A stretch of DNA of 64,000 nt from an uncultured Pseudomonadota bacterium (GTDB taxonomy: Bacteria; Oederibacteriota; Muellerivitia; Muellerivitales; Muellerivitaceae). The DNA is taken from NCBI GenBank assembly GCA_963770835.1, contig CAVYRH010000026.1, positions 800,001-864,000 on the forward strand, in the 5' to 3' direction. Within the stretch, counting starts at the first letter, position 1. Every line of letters begins with the position of its first letter. Under the pieces are notes generated by a model. It did no database searches and was not told the DNA's origin. It was given only the letters and a program-made list of their open reading frames with translations. This document shows positions 58,746 to 64,000 of this stretch, one piece after another. Position numbers and translations under genes: made by a program.

Positions 58746-59786
58746 GTGTTGGACGACAACTTGAAACAAAGAAATTTAAATAAAAATCCTCTCGTTGCAA
58801 TCACCATGGGTGATCCTGCCGGCATTGGCGCTGAGGTGGCTTTGAAAGCCCTTGAGAAAGTCTTGCCGGAATCCAAATCCAGATACTTGCTCTTGGGAGA
58901 CTACCGCCATTGGATGACCCTTGCCAAAAGGCTCAAAATAAAGTTCCCGTTAGTCTGGGTTAATGACGCTGAACTGGGCAGGGATATTTCCAAGGGCGTG
59001 GCGGTTTTGGACCTGGGTGGCGTCAAAAAACTTCAGTGGGGGAAAATCACCGCCGCCAACGGGGCCGCCGCTGTGCGTTATATTTGCGAGGGGGCGCGTT
59101 TCGCATTGGCCGGCGACGTGGATGCTTTGGTTACCGCGCCAATTAATAAAGAGGCCATCCACAAGGCAGGCTGCCCCTTTCCCGGACATACGGAATTGCT
59201 GGCCACCCTTTCCAACGCCGAAACTTTTGCCATGATGATGTTGGGAGGTCCCTTTAAGATCGTGCTTCAATCCATCCATGTATCCCTCAAAGAGGCGGTT
59301 TCAAGGGTGAAGCCCGCGCTGGTATGGGAGAAGCTGGCACTGACCCATAAGGCCCTTCAGGATTGGTTCGGGGTCAAAAACCCCCGCATTGCCGTGGCTG
59401 GGTTGAATCCCCATGCCGGTGAAAACGGCGCTTTTGGAAACGAGGAAATTAAAATATTAACGCCGGTCATTCAAAAGGCCCGGCGGGAAGGGTGGAACGT
59501 TTCGGGCCCCTATCCCCCGGATACCCTCTTTTATTGGGCAAGCTTAAAGCCCTATGACGCCATTCTCTGCATGTACCACGACCAGGGCCTCATTCCCTTG
59601 AAATTGACGGCTTTTGAGGAAGGCGTGAACTTAACCCTTGGCCTTCCTTTTATCAGGACATCCCCCGACCATGGAACCGCTTTCGACATTGCAGGCAAAG
59701 GAAAAGCTAGTCCGGCCAGTATGGTGGCGGCCATTCAAACGGCCGAAAGGTTGTCGGTTTCGCGCTCTTTACCTCGTTTTTCTTGA
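58746..59786 (+). CDS. pdxA: 4-hydroxythreonine-4-phosphate dehydrogenase
   Basis: TMGDPAGIG, TAPINK, GHTE, LNPHAGE, MYHDQG, RTSPDHGTAFDIAG. Confidence 0.97.
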   Translation: MLDDNLKQRNLNKNPLVAITMGDPAGIGAEVALKALEKVLPESKSRYLLLGDYRHWMTLAKRLKIKFPLVWVNDAELGRDISKGVAVLDLGGVKKLQWGKITAANGAAAVRYICEGARFALAGDVDALVTAPINKEAIHKAGCPFPGHTELLATLSNAETFAMMMLGGPFKIVLQSIHVSLKEAVSRVKPALVWEKLALTHKALQDWFGVKNPRIAVAGLNPHAGENGAFGNEEIKILTPVIQKARREGWNVSGPYPPDTLFYWASLKPYDAILCMYHDQGLIPLKLTAFEEGVNLTLGLPFIRTSPDHGTAFDIAGKGKASPASMVAAIQTAERLSVSRSLPRFS

Positions 59787-59966
59787 ATAATTTTTAGGGT
59801 TATCCCTTCCATTATTTCAAACTGGTGATAAAATTTTCTTCACTCCCTGATTTTCTTGCTTAAGCCTTCTAGCTAAGAAATTCGTTTGAATATTGGGATT
59901 GGAATGACCGGTTGAAACCGGGGTAGGGGAACATTTCCTGAAATTAAAATAGGCGGAGGTTGTTCA

Positions 59967-61778
59967 GTGAAAATCGGAAATCAATTGAAATTTGGTTCGG
60001 CGGTCCTCATTCTGCTTTTGGGGATTACCCTCAGTTGTACACGGAGCATCTCCGTTCCGGTTACACCGAATATCCCCTCGGGCAATAACAATACCCCCAC
60101 AGCCACTTTTGCTAATACGGCTACCACTACGCCCACCTCTTCCCCCACTAATACACCAACAGTGACGCCTTCGGCGACTCCGACCAACACTAATCCGGGT
60201 GGTTTCACTTCCACCTTTACCTTTACTCCGACTGTCACCAATACCCCTACCTCAACCTTGACCTTTACTTCCACTTACACCTACACCTACACCTACACGG
60301 TGACCCCCACCTCGACCCCAACCACCAATCCCAACCTAATCGCGGATTTCGAGGAAGGCGGAAATGGGCTCGTCACGACGAACGGCTTGGGCCTGAGCGG
60401 CTACGTTTCCGGCGTCAGCGACCCCAACTCAACCGCCGTAACTTCATTGATTTCCGGTGGAACAGGCTGCAGCTCAGGGAGCTATTTTTCCGTGACGGGA
60501 ACCACCGGGGTTACCTCCGTTACCAACCCGGCCGTTTACGGTGAGCTTCAAGGTAACTTTTTGACTGGGAGTCCGGCTCCAACTTATAACATTCCGGCTG
60601 CTTATAACGCTTTTGTGTTCTGCGTCCAGGGCCACGCACCGGGCAATCAGGTGTTTTTCGGCGTGACGGACGCGGCCACGACGGCAAGTTCAGATGCCGC
60701 CGGCCAGTATATTCCCATCACAGCCTCATGGCAGTCGGTCACGGTTTGTTTCGACCATATGCAAAGCCAGGGATATACCGTAACTACGGTCGGACATATG
60801 TTTGATCAAACGACTGCGGTTGGCTTCCAATGGGGAACGACAACCCAAAGCTCAACTTACACCATCCAGATTGATAATTTCCAATTCGCCACGGTGCCGG
60901 TCGGCAATTGCCCCGCCTTCACGGCTACCCCGACGCCGAACCCCAAGATCATCGACGTCTTCCCCGCGAATTCGAACCAAATTGACGTGACCAACGGCAG
61001 GAACGGTTACTGGTATTGTTTTTCTGATTTAGGAAATTCCGGAGTGACAACGGCGGCGAATACCTTGACTGCGGCAAACGCCATTACGGTGGTTGCTGGG
61101 GATACCACAGCCAGTAACCCCATTTCTATCGAATATAATGGGCCTGTGGTGTTGAACAGCGGAACGATTGCCGCTAACACTACAATTGTATGGGGTATCA
61201 GTACGACTAACACCGGTAACGGCGGGGTTTCCGTTTTCACTTCCTCGAACGGCGCTGTGTTCCAAATGGCCAATCCTGGGGATGGAACCGATCCCTATTG
61301 CGCTTATGTCACAGGCATTGTTGGTGCTGGTTGCACAGGCAATGATTTGCTAGGCTCATATCAAGAATGCCCTTTCACGGGAGCCGGATTTAATTTCATC
61401 GATACGGGTGGTGGTCCTAAACAGGTCTATCCCCTTACTCTGGCAAACCTTGGATTTACCCCAACAGGCATTTCTTTCTATGCCAAGGTTGACGCAAATT
61501 CGATCACTAGTAATTGGACGATGTTTATGGCAACTTCGGATACAGCCTGCCCAACTTGTGATAATGATAACTTCGGTGTTCAATTCACACCTTCAACGAC
61601 TTGGGCTCAATTCGGGAATACAACAGCTTTCCCCGCCTATAAACAAAATTACGGTGGAAACGCCTCCGACGGTACAGCTGTAAATCCCGCCGATGCCTAC
61701 GGTGTTCAATGGGAAAATAATAATGGTGGACCAGCCACTACTTATGGCCTTTACCTCGACGACGTTTATTTTTATTGA
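59967..61778 (+). CDS. Lipoprotein with Thr/Pro linker and two CBM11-like beta-sandwich domains
   Basis: Lipobox ITLS-C; TPT repeats; LIADFE...IQIDNFQF and IIDVF...LYLDDVYFY domain borders; GGCGGAGG RBS. Confidence 0.8.
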   Translation: MKIGNQLKFGSAVLILLLGITLSCTRSISVPVTPNIPSGNNNTPTATFANTATTTPTSSPTNTPTVTPSATPTNTNPGGFTSTFTFTPTVTNTPTSTLTFTSTYTYTYTYTVTPTSTPTTNPNLIADFEEGGNGLVTTNGLGLSGYVSGVSDPNSTAVTSLISGGTGCSSGSYFSVTGTTGVTSVTNPAVYGELQGNFLTGSPAPTYNIPAAYNAFVFCVQGHAPGNQVFFGVTDAATTASSDAAGQYIPITASWQSVTVCFDHMQSQGYTVTTVGHMFDQTTAVGFQWGTTTQSSTYTIQIDNFQFATVPVGNCPAFTATPTPNPKIIDVFPANSNQIDVTNGRNGYWYCFSDLGNSGVTTAANTLTAANAITVVAGDTTASNPISIEYNGPVVLNSGTIAANTTIVWGISTTNTGNGGVSVFTSSNGAVFQMANPGDGTDPYCAYVTGIVGAGCTGNDLLGSYQECPFTGAGFNFIDTGGGPKQVYPLTLANLGFTPTGISFYAKVDANSITSNWTMFMATSDTACPTCDNDNFGVQFTPSTTWAQFGNTTAFPAYKQNYGGNASDGTAVNPADAYGVQWENNNGGPATTYGLYLDDVYFY

Positions 61779-61796
61779 TCAGTTAGTGTTTCAGAG

Positions 61797-61829
61797 AACC
61801 CGCCTCCTGAAAAGAAGGCGGGTTTTTTT
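61797..61829 (+). terminator. Rho-independent terminator
   Basis: AACCCGCCT/AGGCGGGTT stem plus T tail. Confidence 0.85.
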
Positions 61830-62261
61830 ATGCCCCCTTCCTGGGGGACCATTGTTCTCGTCACCCTTTTTGCGATAATGCGGCCATGGAATCCATCTCC
61901 GCCCTGTTCCAGGAATTCTCCTACCGGCCCCGTAAGTCCCAAGAACACAACTAATTCACCGTAGTCGTCATCTTCGACAATGGCCACCTGGGCCTCCTAG
62001 TAAAACCAATCGATATTATTTTATCCAAAACTAAAAGCCCGAAATCGGTTTTTGTCCGCAATTTCCTCCATGATTTCGTGAATGGCGATCCTCACAAAAT
62101 TTTTAAATTTGTGCGGCCACCGGACAGTGAATTAATTTCGGCCAGAAAATGTTCGAATTTTTCAAACGAACCGGTTTTAATGCTTAAATCGAATAAATTT
62201 TCGGTTTCTCTTCATTGACGTTACGAGTTTGAAAATAAAGCACTGAAAATAGCATTTTAGT

Positions 62262-62289
62262 TTGACGAGATTTTCTAAAAGCCTATACT
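62262..62289 (+). promoter_or_regulatory. sigma70 promoter for S53 peptidase gene
   Basis: TTGACG-16 nt-TATACT. Confidence 0.55.
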
Positions 62290-62361
62290 TCGTTCAAGGC
62301 TTCCCAAAATTTAATCACCTAATGAATCAACTTTTCTTTAAACGAAGATAAGGGGGAGTAT

Positions 62362-63243
62362 ATGAATTGGAAAAAAGCAGGCCACGAATTTCTGAAGTTT
62401 CCGTCAAGAAAAAATCTCCACAAGCCGTTTAAGTCAATCCTTAGTACTTCGCTGCTCAAAAAAAATTCTCAACACAGGCTTGTGCTGGCATCCTTCTCGA
62501 TTCTTTTGACTTTTTCGCCCGCCCTCGCCGCTGGAAGACAACAACTTCACGGTCATATGCTTGAAATCACAAAGACTGCCCCGATGGTTGGGCATCTTAA
62601 AGGCACGTCGCAGTTACATTTGGCTATCGGCCTTCCTCTTCGAAACCAAGAAACGCTCCAATATCTTCTGAAAGAAATTTATGATCCAAATAACCCGAAC
62701 TATCGACATTTTCTAACGCCAGAAAAATTTACAGAAATGTTCGGGCCTCTAGACTCGGATTATCAAAAATTGATTGCTTTCGCTCGTGCGAACAACTTAA
62801 CTATCAATAAAATTCAGGACGGAAGGGTGTTGTTGGATGTAAGCGGCACCGCTGCGGATGTTGAACAAGCTTTTCATGTGAATTTGAATCAATATCAACA
62901 TTATGACGGAAGCCTTTTCTATGCACCGGATAGTGAACCGTCGATTGATTTAGATGTGGCTGTAGCGCATATCAGTGGATTGGATAACTACGGAAAACCA
63001 ATACCAGCAGGAAGGCCTCTCGAATTTGATCCTAAAATAATCAGACAAAAACTTAATAGCCAAGTTAAAAGTACGGGTGCAACTCCAAATGCTGCAGACG
63101 GTTCTCAGGGTGGGATGTATATCGGGCAAGACCTAAGAAATGCGTACGTGCCATGTACATCACTTACGGGCACTAATCAATCGGTGGCTTTGGTTGAATT
63201 CGATGGGTTCTACGCTAGCGATATTACAAACTGTAACCTCTGA
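62362..63243 (+). pseudogene. S53 (sedolisin/kumamolisin) peptidase precursor truncated by IS insertion
   Basis: Pro-domain IGLPLRN, YRHFLTPEKF, HISGLDN; catalytic domain start DLRNAY...TGTNQSVALVEFDG then ends abruptly at the IS. Confidence 0.88.
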
Positions 63244-64000
63244 AAAACTCCTTCGTCTAAATGCTGAAATATAATAGCAGCATTCCAGACGGAGGGATTC
63301 CATGCAAATCAGCTTCGGGATGTACGAGGACAAGAACCGGCGACTCAAAAAGACCATGCTAGAGGAAGTGGATAAGGTTCTGGACTTTCCGAAGATCGAG
63401 AAATTGCTGATGGAAATGTACCGGGGCAACACGGGGAGACCTCCCATCCCGCCTTTGATCTTGTTTAAATGCCTTTTGCTGGAATCCTGGTACGGCCTGT
63501 CGGATGTGGAAGTAGTCCAAGAAATCCACGACCGGCGCAGTTTTGAGCGGTTCGTGGGTGAAGGGGTGCGAGAGTACCACGTCGACGACACCACTTTGGT
63601 GAAGTTTCGGGAAAGACTCCGGGAAGCCGGTTTGATAGACCGGGTTTGGGGGGCCGTGCAACAGGGTTTAGATCGCAAAGGACTTTTGGTCAAGAAAGGG
63701 GCCATTGTGGACTCCACCCTGGTGGAAGGAGCCTGTAAACCGGAATCCAAGGATCAAGAGGGAAAGCCGGTGGATGAAGATGTTCATTACACCTCCCGGC
63801 AAGGAAAAGCCGTGGATGGGATGAAGGTTCATGTGGGTCAGGACGAGAAAAGCGGCCTGATTCGAAAGATGGATCTAAGTCATATTGAGGAACACGATCA
63901 CGAACATTTCAAAGACATGGTTCCTCGCGGGGTAGAACAGGCATTTGCTGACAAGGCTTACCGGTCGGCGCAACACGATGAATATTTGGAGGAACGAGGG
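63233..64000 (+). mobile_element. IS5-family insertion sequence (left part)
   Basis: Abrupt composition change; left end GTAACCTCTGAAAAA resembles IS5-family terminal repeats; transposase follows; exact boundary +/- few nt. Confidence 0.85.
63302..64000 (+). CDS. IS5-family DDE transposase (partial; missing from the ORF track)
   Basis: Manual translation: GRPPIPP..FKCLLLESWYGLSD, DTTLVKFR, IVDSTLV, GMKVHVGQD, ADKAY; GGAGGG RBS. Confidence 0.95.
   Translation, partial: MQISFGMYEDKNRRLKKTMLEEVDKVLDFPKIEKLLMEMYRGNTGRPPIPPLILFKCLLLESWYGLSDVEVVQEIHDRRSFERFVGEGVREYHVDDTTLVKFRERLREAGLIDRVWGAVQQGLDRKGLLVKKGAIVDSTLVEGACKPESKDQEGKPVDEDVHYTSRQGKAVDGMKVHVGQDEKSGLIRKMDLSHIEEHDHEHFKDMVPRGVEQAFADKAYRSAQHDEYLEERG

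Noticed and set aside
63160..63750. - strand ORFs of 196 and 100 aa
   Set aside because: Antisense to the IS5 transposase on the + strand

Overview
Bacterial chromosomal window with about 58 CDS, nearly all on the + strand, from a diderm organism (it has a PilQ secretin and periplasmic FtsEX-EnvC-CtpA). The Thr/Pro-linker surface proteins, pilin type and Deltaproteobacteria-like gene order suggest a poorly characterised lineage such as FCPU426 or Elusimicrobiota relatives; that placement is inference only. Left to right: a giant partial DUF11/Thr-Pro surface protein on the - strand that the ORF track misses; an alpha/beta hydrolase, 7Fe ferredoxin and dnaJ-rsmE-aroE; a complete type IVa pilus locus (pilB,T,C,A,D,M,N,O,P,Q); aroC-aroK-aroB; a TPR-roadblock fusion and a free roadblock (MglB/MglC-like) gene; ftsB; tRNA-Leu, tRNA-fMet and SUI1; folate genes (folM-like, folB-folK fusion, metF, folE, folP); a YfhO-like GT-C; a cNMP-binding protein; tRNA-Met(CAT)-tilS-ftsH; cdaA-cdaR; pdxJ; alaS-ruvX-mltG; a frameshifted MFS; ftsEX-envC-ctpA-yibQ; tsaD, mgtC, dusB, PAP2, rsmI, an M50-like peptidase, PIN-PhoH and pdxA; a Thr/Pro lipoprotein with tandem CBM-like domains; and an S53 peptidase disrupted by an IS5-family element that runs off the right edge. 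No CRISPR array, rRNA, prophage or recognisable defence island was seen. Most notable: the pilus-linked TPR-roadblock/roadblock module with a MshEN-type PilB, an apparent leaderless/TTG-rich initiation style with a TTG-started SUI1, a structured dnaJ leader, a probable pseudo-nucleotidyltransferase, a catalytically degenerate FtsE, and two palindromic mini-elements. All calls were made by eye from motifs and synteny, without database searches.
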